This document shows, in pieces, positions 32,658 through 43,423 of a stretch of 64,000 nt of DNA. The notes beneath the pieces are model-generated. The model had not been told where the DNA came from. It was given only the letters and a program-made list of their open reading frames with translations, and ran no database searches. A program made the position numbers and the translations under genes. Origin of the DNA: an uncultured Chloroflexia bacterium. GTDB taxonomy: Bacteria > Chloroflexota > Limnocylindria > Limnocylindrales > CSP1-4. The stretch spans positions 265,360 to 329,359 of the forward strand of contig CAVZXW010000026.1 of assembly GCA_963779375.1 (NCBI GenBank), given 5' to 3'. Numbering within the stretch: the stretch's first letter is position 1; every line of letters begins with the position of its first letter.

Positions 32658-34264
32658 GTGACCCTCCACCTGCGCAACACGCTCACGCGGCAGGTGGAGC
32701 CGGTCGTCCCGCTTCGCGGCGACGGCACGATCCGCATGTACAGCTGCGGGCCCACCGTGTACCGCTACGCGCACGTGGGCAACCTGCGCACGTTCCTGCT
32801 CGCCGACCTCGTGCGCCGTGCGCTGCTCTATCACGGCCTCCGCGTCGTGCACGTCCAGAACATCACGGACGTCGGCCACATGCGCGACGAGCGGTTCGAC
32901 CGGGGAGAGGACCGGATGCTGGTCGCGGCGAAGCTCGAGGACAAGTCCCCGGCCGAGATCGCGGCCGCGTACGAGGCCGCGTTCCACGCGGACGCCGCGA
33001 TGGTCAACCTGCTGCCCGCGCACGTGTGCCCCCGCGCGACCGAGCACATCGCCGAGATGATCGACATGACCGAACGCCTGCAGGACGCCGGCTTCGCCTA
33101 CGCCACCCCCGATGGAACCGTCTACTACGAGGTGGGCCGCTTTCGCCGGCTACGGCAGGCTTTCGGGCAACACCGTCGACCAGCTTCGCGCGGGCCACCG
33201 CGTCGCGGTCGAGGAGGACAAGCGCGACCCCGCCGACTTCGCCCTCTGGAAGCACGCCGGCGAGGGGCGCCTGGTGAAGTGGCCCTCGCCACGCTGGGGG
33301 GACGGGTTATCCCGGGTGGCACGTGGAGTGCTCGGCGATGGCCATGCGGTATCTCGGGGACAGGTTCGAGCTGCACACGGGCGGCGTCGACAACGTCTTC
33401 CCGCACCACGAGGACGAGATCGCGCAGTCCGAGGCGCTCACGGGCCTGGTTCCGGCCGCCTCGTACGTGCACGGAGAGCACCTGCTGATGAGCGGCCGGA
33501 AGATGGCCAAGTCGGCCGGCAACTTCCAGCGCATCACCGACCTCGCGGACGAAGGCATCGACCCCCTGGCCTTCCGGTACCTCTGTCTGACCGCGCGGTA
33601 CGGCCACAAGCTCGACTTCTCCACCGACTCACTGCGGGCGGCTTCGGCGGCCCTCAATTCCCTGCGCGCCCGCCTGCATGCCCTCGGTCCTGCCCCGGTG
33701 GACGGACCATGGGCCATGCCGCCCGCGCTGGTGGCGGGATCCGCCGGGCCGCGCCCGGCCGGCGCGGCGGACGGCGTGCGCGGGCACCAGGAGGCGCCGG
33801 ACCCGCGCCTCGACGCGTACCCGGTCGTGGACCGCGCCCACGCGCCGGGCCCGCCGCTGTCCGATGCCGCCGGGGCCCTCCACCGGCGCTTCGTGGACGC
33901 GCTGGATCGCGACCTGGACATGCCGGCCGCGCTGTCGACGGTCCGCGAGACGCTGCGTGCCCTGCTGGACGACGATGAGCGGAGGTGGCTGCTCCTGGAC
34001 GCGGACGCCGTGCTCGGACTCGACCTGCACACGACGTGGACCGAGGCGGCGGGGCCGCGCACGCCAGCCACGGGTCAGCGTCGCCTGTACGGCGACGCGT
34101 CAGGTCTCTCGCCCGAAGCGGCGCGCCTGCTGGACGAACGGGCGGCCGCCCGGGCGGCCGGCGATTACACGCGTTCGGATCGGATTCGCGACGAACTGTC
34201 GGCGATCGGCGTGGAGGTCATGGATCGGCCCGGGGGCCTGACGGAGTGGCGTATCCGGCAGTGA
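32658..34264 (+). pseudogene. cysS: CysS/MshC-family class-I ligase with two frameshifts (near 33128 and 33313) and variant signature motifs
   Basis: MYSCGPTVYRYAHVGNLRTF (HIGH site reads HVGN) in ORF 32577. [20 protein letters not shown]...WPSPRWGDG in ORF 33112. [12 protein letters not shown]...[19 protein letters not shown]...[11 protein letters not shown] (KMSKS site reads KMAKS) in ORF 33323..34264. Both shifts resolve to a one-T homopolymer length change. Confidence 0.7.
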
Positions 34265-34311
34265 TCCCGCGCCCGCATGCCCGTTCCCGGCGGCCACGGC
34301 GGAACGGCGCG

Positions 34312-34692
34312 TCAGTCGGTGTCGCGTGCCTCGCGGGCATTGGCCCGATCCGCCGCCGTCCGGTAGTTGCGGTGCGCCGCCTCCTCGGCGACGTCCGCCA
34401 TGGCCGACTCCGCCGCAGCGTCGGCCACGTCCGCCCTGGTCGAGAGTGCCGCAAGTTTCGCCGCCGAGGCGGTCTTGGCGGCGGAGGTTTCGGCGAGCGT
34501 CGCCGCGGACAGGGCCGCCTTTGCCGCGTCCGCCGTCGCGAGGGCGGCATCCGCTGCCTCGGCTGCCGCCTGTGCCGCAGTCTCCGCCGCGACCCGGCCT
34601 CGCCGCGCGACGGCCGCCACGCGCTCGGCATTCCGCCAATCCTGGAGCGCCGCGCCGGTAGTGGCAGGCGACTCGCTGTCCTGTTCCGGCAT
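34312..34692 (-). CDS. hypothetical Ala-rich, predicted alpha-helical small protein (~126 aa)
   Basis: MPEQDSESPATTGAALQDWRNAERVAAVARRG... with strong GC3 codon bias on the minus strand. No recognisable domain. Confidence 0.35.
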   Translation of the reverse strand: MPEQDSESPATTGAALQDWRNAERVAAVARRGRVAAETAAQAAAEAADAALATADAAKAALSAATLAETSAAKTASAAKLAALSTRADVADAAAESAMADVAEEAAHRNYRTAADRANAREARDTD

Positions 34693-34699
34693 CACGTGC

Positions 34700-35050
34700 C
34701 CCCCAAGTACCACGACACCTGCCGCCTTCGCCCGCCGGCGGGCTCCTGACGGGCCATTCTATCCCAGCCAACGGCGGCAAACCGGTGCGCTCGACGCTCG
34801 CGGCTATCGCGGGCTTGCCAACCTCGCCGCCCGCAAGCACCTCGAGCTCGAGATCAAGGCCCCGCCCAAGGGCATCAACGGCTTCGCCGCCCTTTGGCCG
34901 CTCTACGAGGTCGAGCACGCCTTCGCCCGCCTGGGACGCTGGCGCCGGCTCTCGCTCTGTTACGAGGGCACAGAGGGCGAGCGCACGGGCGTGGCTCGAA
35001 GTGGCGTCGGCGACCTACCACTTGGCGCGGCTGCGCGTCGAGCGCCCTGA
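34700..35050 (+). mobile_element. IS5-family (IS427-like) DDE transposase C-terminal relic (~110 codons) with an internal frameshift; no N-terminal part or inverted repeats seen
   Basis: ARGYRGLANLAARKHLELEIKAPP...FAALWPLYEVEHAFARLGRWRRLSLCYEGTEG matches the IS5 C-terminal block (aDKaYds...V-E-r-.-.-.-rLk-.-WR-.-L-.-.-Y-dkt). The alternative frame continues SATYHLARLRV. Confidence 0.45.
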
Positions 35051-35251
35051 GCGCATGATCGTGTCCATGCGGCCGCGTGGCGTGGGCCTGGTCGTGGCGG
35101 GATGGACGATCCTGGGGGTCGCCGCCCTCGTGCTCGACGCTGGTGTCGTGTTGCTCGGGGTCTGGGCGTGGTTCATCCTGGCCCGGAAGGGCAAGGCTGC
35201 CTCCACGAGGCGTGCCGGGCCCGAGCGAGCGGGCGACTCGGCGCGAACGGC

Positions 35252-38143
35252 CTACCTCGCAGGATCCACCACGAGCGTCCCCGCCGTCCCGTTCATGCCG
35301 CTCGAGTCGCCGAGCTGGAGCGCGTAGCGCCCCGGAGCCGGGGCCATGAAGCGGACGGCGGTCGTCTGGCCCGGGCGGGCGGGCAGCTCGACGCTCGCGA
35401 CGCCCTCGATCGCCAGGTCCCGGTACGCCGTCGCGTCGTTGGTGAAGTGCAGGTAGACGAACACCCCCGTCCGAACGTGGACCTCCACGGACGGCCCGGC
35501 CGGGCCGCTCGCCACGACCGTCACCTGCTGGGCCGACGAGTCGAGCCAGGCATTGCCGGCGATGGCGGCCCCGGCGACCAGGAGTCCGGCGATCGCGATC
35601 GCCGCCAGGTATCCTGCGTCGCGAACGCGTGCGGCAAGCGGCCGGGGTCCCAGGCGCGCCTCGCCGGGCCGTGCGTCGAACCCGCGCAGGCGGAGGGAGT
35701 TCGTGACCACGCTCACCGAGCTGAGCGCCATCGCGCCCGCGGCCAGTGCCGGGCTCAGCGTCGTCCCGGTGAACGGGTAGAGGAGCCCCATCGCGATCGG
35801 GATCAGCACGACGTTGTAGCCGAACGCCCACGCGAGGTTCTGGCGGATCACGGAGATCGTCTGCCGGGAGAGCGCGATGGCGGACGCGATCCCCCGCGGG
35901 TCGCCGCCGACGAGCGTGACGTCGGAAGCCTCGATCGCGACGTCCGCGCCCGTCCCGATCGCGATCCCCAGGTCGGCCTGGGCAAGGGCCGGCGCGTCGT
36001 TGATCCCGTCGCCGACCATGCCCACGCGCCGGCCCAGCGACTGGAGTTCCGCGACCTTGGCTGCCTTCTCCCCCGGGAGCACCTCGGCCAGGACGCGCTC
36101 CGGTGGGATGCCCACCTGGCGCGCGACCGCCTCGGCCGTGGCACGCCGGTCGCCCGTCACCATCCAGACCTCGATCCCCTGGTCGGCGAGCCCGCGCACC
36201 GCCGCGGCCGATTCCGCCTTCACCGGGTCCGAGACCACGAGCAGGCCGGCCAGGTGCATCCGGGCCGCGGCAGCGACCTGGCCGGGTCCCACCGGCGAAC
36301 TCCCGGTCTCTTCCCGAGCGCCCGAATACCCTTCGCCGGCGTCGTCGGCCTCGATGCCGCCGACCGCGACGTACACGGGCGTGCGCCCGTTGGCCGCCTC
36401 CTCTGCCGCGACCGGCTCCAGCGGACTCACGTCGACGCCCCGCGCCTCCATGAGCCGCGTGTTGCCGGCCAGCACGCGACGCCCCTCCACGAGCGCGTCC
36501 ACGCCGTGACCGGCCACCGCCTCGAAACCCTCGACCCGCAGGCGGCCGAGGCCGTCCGCGTCGGCGGCCGCCACGATCGCCGCGGCGAGCGGGTGCTCCG
36601 ACTGCCGCTCCGCCGAGCCGGCCAGGTCGAGCAGGTCCCGCACGGTGGTCCCGCGCGCCGGGACGATGGACGTGACCGCCGGCCGGCCCAGTGTCAGCGT
36701 GCCGGTCTTGTCGAGGATGATCGTATCGACGCGGTGGGCCTGCTCGAGCGCCTCGCCGCCGCGGAACAGGACTCCGGCCTCGGCGCCCTTCCCGGCACCG
36801 ACCATGATCGCCGTCGGCGTCGCGAGGCCCATCGCGCAGGGACAGGCGATGACGACGACCGCGATGAACGCCGTCAGTGCGAGCGTCAGCCGCGGCTCCG
36901 GCCCGAGGAGCATCCAGAGGGCGAACGTGAGCGCTCCGGTCGCCAGGACGAACGGCACGAAGTAGGAGCTGATCCGGTCCGCCATGCGCTGGATCGGGGC
37001 CTTGGATCCCTGGGCCGACTGCACCATGCGCACGATCTGTGCCAGCGCGGTGTCGCGCCCTACCCGCGTTGCGCGGAACACGAAGGAGCCGGTCGTGTTG
37101 AGGGTCGCCCCGATGACCTCGTCCCCCGCGCGCTTCTCCACCGGGAGCGCCTCGCCGGTCAGCATCGACTCGTCGACGGCCGACGAGCCGGACACGACGA
37201 TCCCGTCGACCGGGACCTTCTCGCCCGGCCTCACGCGCACCAGGTCGCCGGCCTGCACCTGCTCGAGGGGGACGTCCACCTCAGAGTCGCCCTGGACGAC
37301 GCGCGCGGACTTGGCCTGGAGTCCGATGAGCGCCTTCACGGCGCCGACCGTCTGGCCCTTCGCCCGCGCCTCCAGCCACCTGCCGAGGAGGATCAGGCCC
37401 ACGATGATCGTGGAGCTGTCGAAGTAGGTGTCGGGCCGGATGCCCGCCCGCATCACGACGTCCGGATACATGGTCACGAACACGCTGTAGGCCCAGGCCG
37501 CGCTCGTACCCACGGCCACCAGCGTGTCCATGGTCGCGGAGCCATGCCGGAGCGCGCGCCACGCCGCGCGGTAGAAGCGGCCACCCGCCCAGAACTGGAT
37601 GAAGGTCGCCGGCCAGAGGACGGCCTTGTCGAGGTCGGTCATGGCCCACGGCAGCCCGGGCCAGAACATCAGCAGCATGATCGAGCCGGACACGGCGAGG
37701 CTGGCCAGCGACTGGATACCGAGCTCTCGCCGCTCGTGCGCCCGCTCCCGGTCCTCGGCCGTCGTCTCGTCGACCAGGGCACCGCCGGACGTATCGGCGG
37801 ATGCGTCAAGACCGCCGGCCGCGGAGCCGCGCACCTCGTAGCCGGCGGCCTCGATGGCCGCCACCAGCTCCGCTCGCCCGGTGACCGCCGGCAGGAAGCG
37901 GATGGTCGCCCGTTCCGTGGCGAGGTTCACGCTGGCTTCCTGCACGCCGTCGGCCTTCTTCAGAAATCGCTCGATCCGGTTGACGCACGAGGCGCACGTC
38001 ATCCCCTCGATCGGAAGGGTGACCTCGATCGGCTCTGCGACGGCCGGCTGGGGCAGGTGAGCGGTGGACGGCTGGACGGACAAGGGCTGGCTCCGTGCCG
38101 GCAGGCGTGCCGCGGCATCCGCCGTGGCGCTCGCTGGCTTCAT
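35252..38143 (-). CDS. copA: Copper-translocating P1B-type ATPase with an N-terminal HMA domain and a ~120-aa C-terminal cupredoxin-like extension; start trimmed to ATG 38143
   Basis: [15 protein letters not shown] motif [39 protein letters not shown] and TATACT -10-like hexamer upstream. C-terminus [30 protein letters not shown]...[22 protein letters not shown]. Confidence 0.9.
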   Translation of the reverse strand: MKPASATADAAARLPARSQPLSVQPSTAHLPQPAVAEPIEVTLPIEGMTCASCVNRIERFLKKADGVQEASVNLATERATIRFLPAVTGRAELVAAIEAAGYEVRGSAAGGLDASADTSGGALVDETTAEDRERAHERRELGIQSLASLAVSGSIMLLMFWPGLPWAMTDLDKAVLWPATFIQFWAGGRFYRAAWRALRHGSATMDTLVAVGTSAAWAYSVFVTMYPDVVMRAGIRPDTYFDSSTIIVGLILLGRWLEARAKGQTVGAVKALIGLQAKSARVVQGDSEVDVPLEQVQAGDLVRVRPGEKVPVDGIVVSGSSAVDESMLTGEALPVEKRAGDEVIGATLNTTGSFVFRATRVGRDTALAQIVRMVQSAQGSKAPIQRMADRISSYFVPFVLATGALTFALWMLLGPEPRLTLALTAFIAVVVIACPCAMGLATPTAIMVGAGKGAEAGVLFRGGEALEQAHRVDTIILDKTGTLTLGRPAVTSIVPARGTTVRDLLDLAGSAERQSEHPLAAAIVAAADADGLGRLRVEGFEAVAGHGVDALVEGRRVLAGNTRLMEARGVDVSPLEPVAAEEAANGRTPVYVAVGGIEADDAGEGYSGAREETGSSPVGPGQVAAAARMHLAGLLVVSDPVKAESAAAVRGLADQGIEVWMVTGDRRATAEAVARQVGIPPERVLAEVLPGEKAAKVAELQSLGRRVGMVGDGINDAPALAQADLGIAIGTGADVAIEASDVTLVGGDPRGIASAIALSRQTISVIRQNLAWAFGYNVVLIPIAMGLLYPFTGTTLSPALAAGAMALSSVSVVTNSLRLRGFDARPGEARLGPRPLAARVRDAGYLAAIAIAGLLVAGAAIAGNAWLDSSAQQVTVVASGPAGPSVEVHVRTGVFVYLHFTNDATAYRDLAIEGVASVELPARPGQTTAVRFMAPAPGRYALQLGDSSGMNGTAGTLVVDPAR

Positions 38144-38290
38144 ACTCCCCCCTAGTATAAGGCGGGCGGAACACGCACGAAGGGACGGTCGGCCCACGGC
38201 CGCGGGCCGGGCGGCCCCACCCGTCCGGGGAGGTCGCTGGCGCCGACGGCGGGTTTCCCCGCGGTGCGGTTTGCGGGACGTCAGCCGGGC

Positions 38291-38355
38291 AGCCGGTCGC
38301 GAGCGCCCGCCGGAGCGCCGGCGGCCCGGCATCTCGGAGCGGGCGGGCGCTCCGG
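38291..38355 (-). terminator. GC-rich imperfect inverted repeat (GAGCGCCCGCCGGAGCGCC ... GGCGGGCGCTCCG) immediately downstream of the 2Fe-2S gene stop; possible terminator or regulator site before copA
   Basis: Arms read directly from the sequence; there is no U-tract. Confidence 0.25.
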
Positions 38356-38357
38356 GC

Positions 38358-39383
38358 TCAACCCACCACGCCGTCCGGTGCCAGGGGCATGCTCCGGATG
38401 CGGACTCCGGTCGCGGCGAAGATCGCGTTCGCGATGGCGGGCGCAACCGAGACGATCGGCACCTCGCCGCCGCCGGCCGACGCCAGGTCCGGCCTGTCGA
38501 TCACGACGACCTCGATCGTGTCGCCCATCACCAGGCTGACCGCGTCGACGGGCATGCCCAGCTCTTCCGCCACGATCAGCGAGAGCGCGGTCCGGTTGTC
38601 CTGCCCGAAGTCCACCTTCCCGGTGAACGCCGTGGCCAGCTCGTTCGCGCCGATGTGGATCCAGGCGCCCCCGTTGCCGTGCCAGGGGCCGGGCTGATCG
38701 CGAAGGTTGCGGGCGGCCTCGTGCGGCGGCAGGACGACCACGAGCCCGTCTCCAAGGGCTCCGAAGTAGTCACGCTCGCGGGGGTCCGTCATGTCCCACG
38801 GCGCTTCGGGCCGCGGCATCCATCCGGCCTCGAGTGGCAGGTGGGGAACGGGCGCGGCGTCGGCCGCGACGTCGTCGGAGAGCGGGCTCCCGGACGCCGG
38901 AGCGGACGCGTCGGCCTCCCGTAGCGTCACCGCCGCGCGATGGATCGCGCGAAGGATCCGTGGGTAGGTCCCGCAGCGGCAGACGTTCCCCTCCATGGCC
39001 TCGCGGATCTCCGTGTCGTGCGGGTCATGGTTCCGCTCCAGCAGGGCCGCCGCGGACACGATCATGCCCGCCGTGCAGAACCCGCATTGCAGGGCGCCCT
39101 CCTCGACGAAGGCGCGCGCGACGGGGTGCAGGCGGCCCTGCCGGGACAGGCCCTCGACCGTGGTCACGCGCCGGCCCACGACCTCCGCCACAGTGGTGAC
39201 ACAGGATCGGACCGGCTCGCCGTCGGCCATGACGGTGCATGCACCGCACTCGCCTTCTCCGCAGCCGAGCTTCGCGCCGAGCAGGCCGAGTTCGTCGCGC
39301 AGGACGGACAGCAGGCGGCGTTCCGGGTCGACCGCAAGGAGGTGCGGGTTCCCGTTGACGTCCAGGTGGATCGGCTGAGGCAT
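38358..39383 (-). CDS. [2Fe-2S]-binding small subunit of a molybdenum hydroxylase (CoxS/IorA-like) fused to a collapsed large-subunit remnant, ~190 aa carrying only the mid-domain and extreme C-terminal motifs
   Basis: [11 protein letters not shown] and QCGFCTAGM ferredoxin motifs. Then [31 protein letters not shown] joined directly to [30 protein letters not shown], motifs that are hundreds of residues apart in intact CoxL/XdhB/IorB. Confidence 0.65.
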   Translation of the reverse strand: MPQPIHLDVNGNPHLLAVDPERRLLSVLRDELGLLGAKLGCGEGECGACTVMADGEPVRSCVTTVAEVVGRRVTTVEGLSRQGRLHPVARAFVEEGALQCGFCTAGMIVSAAALLERNHDPHDTEIREAMEGNVCRCGTYPRILRAIHRAAVTLREADASAPASGSPLSDDVAADAAPVPHLPLEAGWMPRPEAPWDMTDPRERDYFGALGDGLVVVLPPHEAARNLRDQPGPWHGNGGAWIHIGANELATAFTGKVDFGQDNRTALSLIVAEELGMPVDAVSLVMGDTIEVVVIDRPDLASAGGGEVPIVSVAPAIANAIFAATGVRIRSMPLAPDGVVG

Positions 39384-39496
39384 GTCGGCTCCAGGCTGTC
39401 CTGGGATGTGCCGCCGCGGAGGCCGCCCGGGCGCCGGGGCGATCCGGCCACAGCCGCCCGGCCGCAGCCGCTCGGCCCATGATCCTCCCGATGGCG

Positions 39497-40892
39497 TCAG
39501 GGCGCCGTATCGGACTGCGTCTCCGTGGGGGCCCAATCCTGCGTGACGCCCGGTGCCGGCGGCGCAGCCATGCGGGCCGTGAAGCTCGCGCCACCCTCCG
39601 GCCGGTTCGCGGCCGAGATCGTGCCCCTGTGTCGTTCGACGATCCAGCGGGCGATGGAGAGCCCGAGGCCGGTCCCGCCGGGCGGAGCGTCGTCCGCCCG
39701 CCAGAACCGCTCGAACACGCGATCCAGGTCCTCGTCGCGTATCCCGCGCCCGTCGTCGAGCACCTCGAGGGTCACCGCTGCATCCTCGCGCCGTACGCGG
39801 ACCAGGACCGTGCCGCCCGGGGGCGTGTGTCCGATGGCGTTGTCCACCAGGATCGTGACAAGCTGTCGCAGGCGCAGGGAGTCGCCGACGATCTCGGCCG
39901 GACGCGGGTCGACGACGACGTGGACGGAGCGCTGATCCGCGACCGGGGAGAGCGCCCCGGCGGCCTCCGCGGCGACGTCGGCGAGGTCCACCGGTTCGTG
40001 CGCCATGTCCACCACGCCGGAGTCCGTGCGCGCAAGGAGCAGCAGGTCGTCGACCAGCGCGGTGAGGTGGGATACCTCGCTCTCGATGTCGTCCAGTGCT
40101 TCGCCGACCTGTTCCACCGGCCGGGACCGGTTGCGCCGCAGGTCCGCGGCGCTGGCCCGTATCACCGTCAGAGGTGTTCGAAGCTCGTGGCTGGCGTTGG
40201 CCGTGAACTCGCGCTGGCGCCGCAGGGCATCCTGGCGTCGGCGGATCGATGCCCGGATCGGGACCAGCGCGCGGCCCGCGTAGACGTAGCCCGCCGCGAC
40301 CGCCAGGAGCACGGCGCCGAGCCCGCCGATGAGCAGCACGTTGACCAGGGTCCCCAGCAGTCGCTCCTCCGACGTCCGGTCGCCCACGACCTGCACGACG
40401 TAGGTTCCGTCCGGTCCCTGCACGGCGAGGGAGTAGATGCGGACGGGAATGCCGGAGACGGTCGCGTCGCGCACGTTGGGGCCGGATTGCTCCGAGGCGG
40501 TCGCCCCCTGCGAGTCCGGCAACCCGGGCGGCAGGCCCAGGCCCGCTGGCTCCCTGGACGGAGCCGCCGGGCCCGATCACGAACGCGACGGTCCCGCCGG
40601 CCTCCCCGCCGAAGGCGATTCCCACCTGGGGTCGCTGCGGGAAGCCGTTGCTCTGGATGAACCGGCCGAGGTCCTCGGCGCGGTGTTCGAGCTGGGTCGT
40701 GGCCGTCGCGTCGAGGTTGCCCGCGACGGCACCGTACAGCGCGACCCCGAGCACCACCAGGATCAGGAGCGTCAGGCCACCACTCCATGCCATGAGCCGC
40801 CAGCGGGTGCGTCGCAGCAGCGGCGCATCCTCGACCTCGGCGGTCCCGTCCGCCTCGCGGATCGATGCGTGGGTCCCGGGGTCAGTCGTCAC
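39497..40892 (-). pseudogene. Sensor histidine kinase with one frameshift near 40540
   Basis: TM plus periplasmic N-terminus (LTLLILVVLGVALYGAVAG...) in frame 1 of the 844-aa ORF. HisKA/HATPase (ASHELRTPLT...VDNAIGHTPPGG...GTGLGLSIA) in ORF 39497..40522. Confidence 0.7.
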
Positions 40893-41550
40893 GCAGCCGG
40901 TACCCCACGCCGCGGACGGTCTCGACGCGATCGGACGCGCTGCCGAGCTTGTCCCGCAGGAGATGGATGTAGGCCTCGACGGTGTTCGGCGTCAGTGCGA
41001 CCCCGTACGGCCAGGCATAGTCGAGGAGCTGGTCGCGCGTGAGGACCTGCCCGGGGCGGCGCAGGAGACACTCGAGGATCGAGAACTCGCGCTGGCTGAG
41101 GTCCACCGACCGTCCGTCCACCGTCACGCGCCGTTTGCCCTCGTCGAGCGCGATGGGGCCTGCCGCGAGTCGCGCGGTCCGGCGAGCCGGCGGCCTCCTC
41201 CCAAGCGCGCGCAGCCGCGCGAGCAGCTCCTCGTACGCGAACGGCTTCACCAGGTAGTCGTCCGCCCCCGCGTCCAGGCCTTCCACCCGGTCGCTCACCG
41301 CGTCCCGCGCGGTGAGCATGAGGATGGGTACCTGGCAGCCATCGTGGCGCAGGCGGCGGGCGACCTCGAAACCGGACCGGTCGGGCAGCCCGATGTCGAG
41401 GACGATCGCGTCGAGCTCGACCGTGGACGTCGCGATCTCCAGCGCGTCGGCGGCAGTGGTGGCGGTCTCGACGACGTGCCTGTCCTGGCTGAGCAGCCGC
41501 TTCAGCAGCCGCACCAGGCGGGGGTCATCCTCGACGACGAGCAGGTGCAC
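40882..41550 (-). CDS. OmpR-family response regulator
   Basis: Receiver LLVVEDDPRL...VLDIGLPDRSG...ILMLTAR and winged-helix LTRDQLLDYAW...VEAYIHLLRDKL. Confidence 0.85.
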   Translation of the reverse strand: MHLLVVEDDPRLVRLLKRLLSQDRHVVETATTAADALEIATSTVELDAIVLDIGLPDRSGFEVARRLRHDGCQVPILMLTARDAVSDRVEGLDAGADDYLVKPFAYEELLARLRALGRRPPARRTARLAAGPIALDEGKRRVTVDGRSVDLSQREFSILECLLRRPGQVLTRDQLLDYAWPYGVALTPNTVEAYIHLLRDKLGSASDRVETVRGVGYRLRDD

Positions 41551-41559
41551 GAGGGTCTC

Positions 41560-42174
41560 CTAGGGCGTCACCACGGTCACGTCGCTCGCGTTGAGCGTCC
41601 GCGGCGCGCCACTGGCCAGGGGCGCGGCTCCGGTTCCGGCGCTGGCCCCGACCCGGTTGAACTGTACCTGCACGACCACCTGGCTACCCGAGGTCACGCT
41701 GGACTGGCTGGCGCTGGTGGACGTGTGGTATGTCGTCGAGGGGGACAGGTCGACCGTCACGGTCTCACCGGCGGCGGTCTTCACCGTCATGGTGCTCCCG
41801 CTGATCGACTGGACGGTCCCGGTGACGCCGATGTCGGCACCTGCGCCGCCAAGGGCGCCGAAGGCGCCGCGTCCCGCGCCGGGCGCGAAGCTCGCGTCCG
41901 CCGCCAGGCCCGTGCGGAAGCCTCCCGCACCGAACCGGCCCGCGTTGGCTGCGGCCGCCGGCGCCGTCATGCGCCCCACCGCGAACGCGATGCCGCCGAT
42001 CGCCACCACGGCCGCCACGCCGAGCAGGATCGTGGTCGCCCGCGACGAGCCGCCGCCTCGCGGCGCGACGGCACGATTGGCTGCCGAGGGCGCCTGGGGC
42101 GCAGGGGCCGGCTGCGGTGCGGCCGGGGACGGGGCCGCATCGGGGCTGGGCGGCGCGTCAGGGTATTCCATCAT
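41560..42174 (-). CDS. Membrane-anchored Pro/Ala-rich protein with a DUF5666-like beta domain
   Basis: Single TM TTILLGVAAVVAIGGIAFAV, then GTVQSISGSTMTVKTAAGETVTVDLSPSTTY. First gene of the operon with the response regulator and kinase. Confidence 0.45.
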   Translation of the reverse strand: MMEYPDAPPSPDAAPSPAAPQPAPAPQAPSAANRAVAPRGGGSSRATTILLGVAAVVAIGGIAFAVGRMTAPAAAANAGRFGAGGFRTGLAADASFAPGAGRGAFGALGGAGADIGVTGTVQSISGSTMTVKTAAGETVTVDLSPSTTYHTSTSASQSSVTSGSQVVVQVQFNRVGASAGTGAAPLASGAPRTLNASDVTVVTP

Positions 42175-42211
42175 CGAAGCACGTTCCTTTCACTCGTACC
42201 GGTGACCACGA

Positions 42212-43423
42212 TCACTCGTACCGGAGGGCGACTACGGGATCGAGCCGTGCGGCCTGGCTCGCCGGCCAGACGCCGAAGATGACCCCCACGATCAGGCTGA
42301 AGACCACGGACACCACGACCGTGATCGGGTTGAAGGTGAATGCCCAACCGGCGAGCACGGCGATGACGGCCGAAGCGGCAACGCCGACCAGGATGCCGAT
42401 GACGCCGCCCGCGACGGACAGCATCAGGGCCTCGAAGAGGAACTGCAGGAGCACGTCGCGACCACGGGCTCCGATCGCCTTCCGGATGCCGATCTCGCGC
42501 GTCCGCTCGCGAACGGAGACCAGCATGATGTTCATGATCCCGATTCCGCCGACGATGAGCGAGATCGAGGCGATGCCGGCCAGCAGCACGGTCAGCAGCG
42601 TGCTGATGGATCCGACCGTCGAGAGGAGCTGCGTCTGGCTGGTGATCGTGAAGTCCGGCGTCGCGCCGGCGCCGATTCCGTGCCGCTGGTCGAGCAGCGT
42701 CGTGAGCTCCGCGGTGGCCGTGTCCATCTGCTTGGCGGTCGTGACGCTGACGCCGATGGTCCGCACGCTGTCCGATCCCACGAAGAGGTCGCGCGCCGTG
42801 GTGACGGGGACCAGGACCTCATCGTCGGGGCTCTGGAACCCCGTGCCGCCCTTGGGCTGCATGATGCCGACCACCTGGAACGGCAGCCCGCTGATGTAGA
42901 CGGTGCTGCCGATCGACGACGGGCCGAGCCCGAGGTTCGTCGCGGTCGTGTTGCCGAGGACGGCCACGCGCAGCGAGTGGTCCACGCTCGCCTGGGTCAG
43001 GAACGAGCCCTGCCACATCTGGTACGCGAAGACGAGCGGATACGCCGGGGTGGTGCCGATGACCGTCGTCGTCTCGTTCTGCGTGCCGGCGACGACCAGG
43101 TGGGAGCTCGAGAGTTCGGGGGCCACGCCCGCGACATCGGGCAGCGCGGTCATCGCCGTGGCGTCCTCGATGGTCAGCGTGGTGGCGGAGCCGAATGCGC
43201 CGCGAGTGGCGCCCGTGGTCGTGGCACCCGGTGTGACCGAGAGCAGGTTCGTGCCGAGGCCCTCGAGCCTGCTGTTGATGCCGGCCGTGGCGCCCTGGCC
43301 GACCGAGACGAGGGCCACGACGGACGCGACGCCGATGATGACGCCGAGCATGGTGAGGAGCGTGCGGAGCTTGCCCGTCCCGAGCCGGGAGACGGCCAGC
43401 CTGACGAGGTCGCCGAGCTTCAT
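42212..43423 (-). CDS. ABC transporter permease, FtsX/MacB-type; start trimmed to ATG 43423
   Basis: MacB_PCD-like periplasmic domain followed by FtsX helices ending PASQAARLDPVVALRYE. Confidence 0.8.
   Translation of the reverse strand: MKLGDLVRLAVSRLGTGKLRTLLTMLGVIIGVASVVALVSVGQGATAGINSRLEGLGTNLLSVTPGATTTGATRGAFGSATTLTIEDATAMTALPDVAGVAPELSSSHLVVAGTQNETTTVIGTTPAYPLVFAYQMWQGSFLTQASVDHSLRVAVLGNTTATNLGLGPSSIGSTVYISGLPFQVVGIMQPKGGTGFQSPDDEVLVPVTTARDLFVGSDSVRTIGVSVTTAKQMDTATAELTTLLDQRHGIGAGATPDFTITSQTQLLSTVGSISTLLTVLLAGIASISLIVGGIGIMNIMLVSVRERTREIGIRKAIGARGRDVLLQFLFEALMLSVAGGVIGILVGVAASAVIAVLAGWAFTFNPITVVVSVVFSLIVGVIFGVWPASQAARLDPVVALRYE

Noticed and set aside
35055-35327. Possible 90-aa two-TM ORF (MIVSMRPRGVGLVVAGWTILGVAALVLDAG...) after the IS relic
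   Set aside because: It overlaps the copA 3' end on the opposite strand and continues the degenerate transposase frame. There is no RBS or homology support, so it may be part of the IS remnant.
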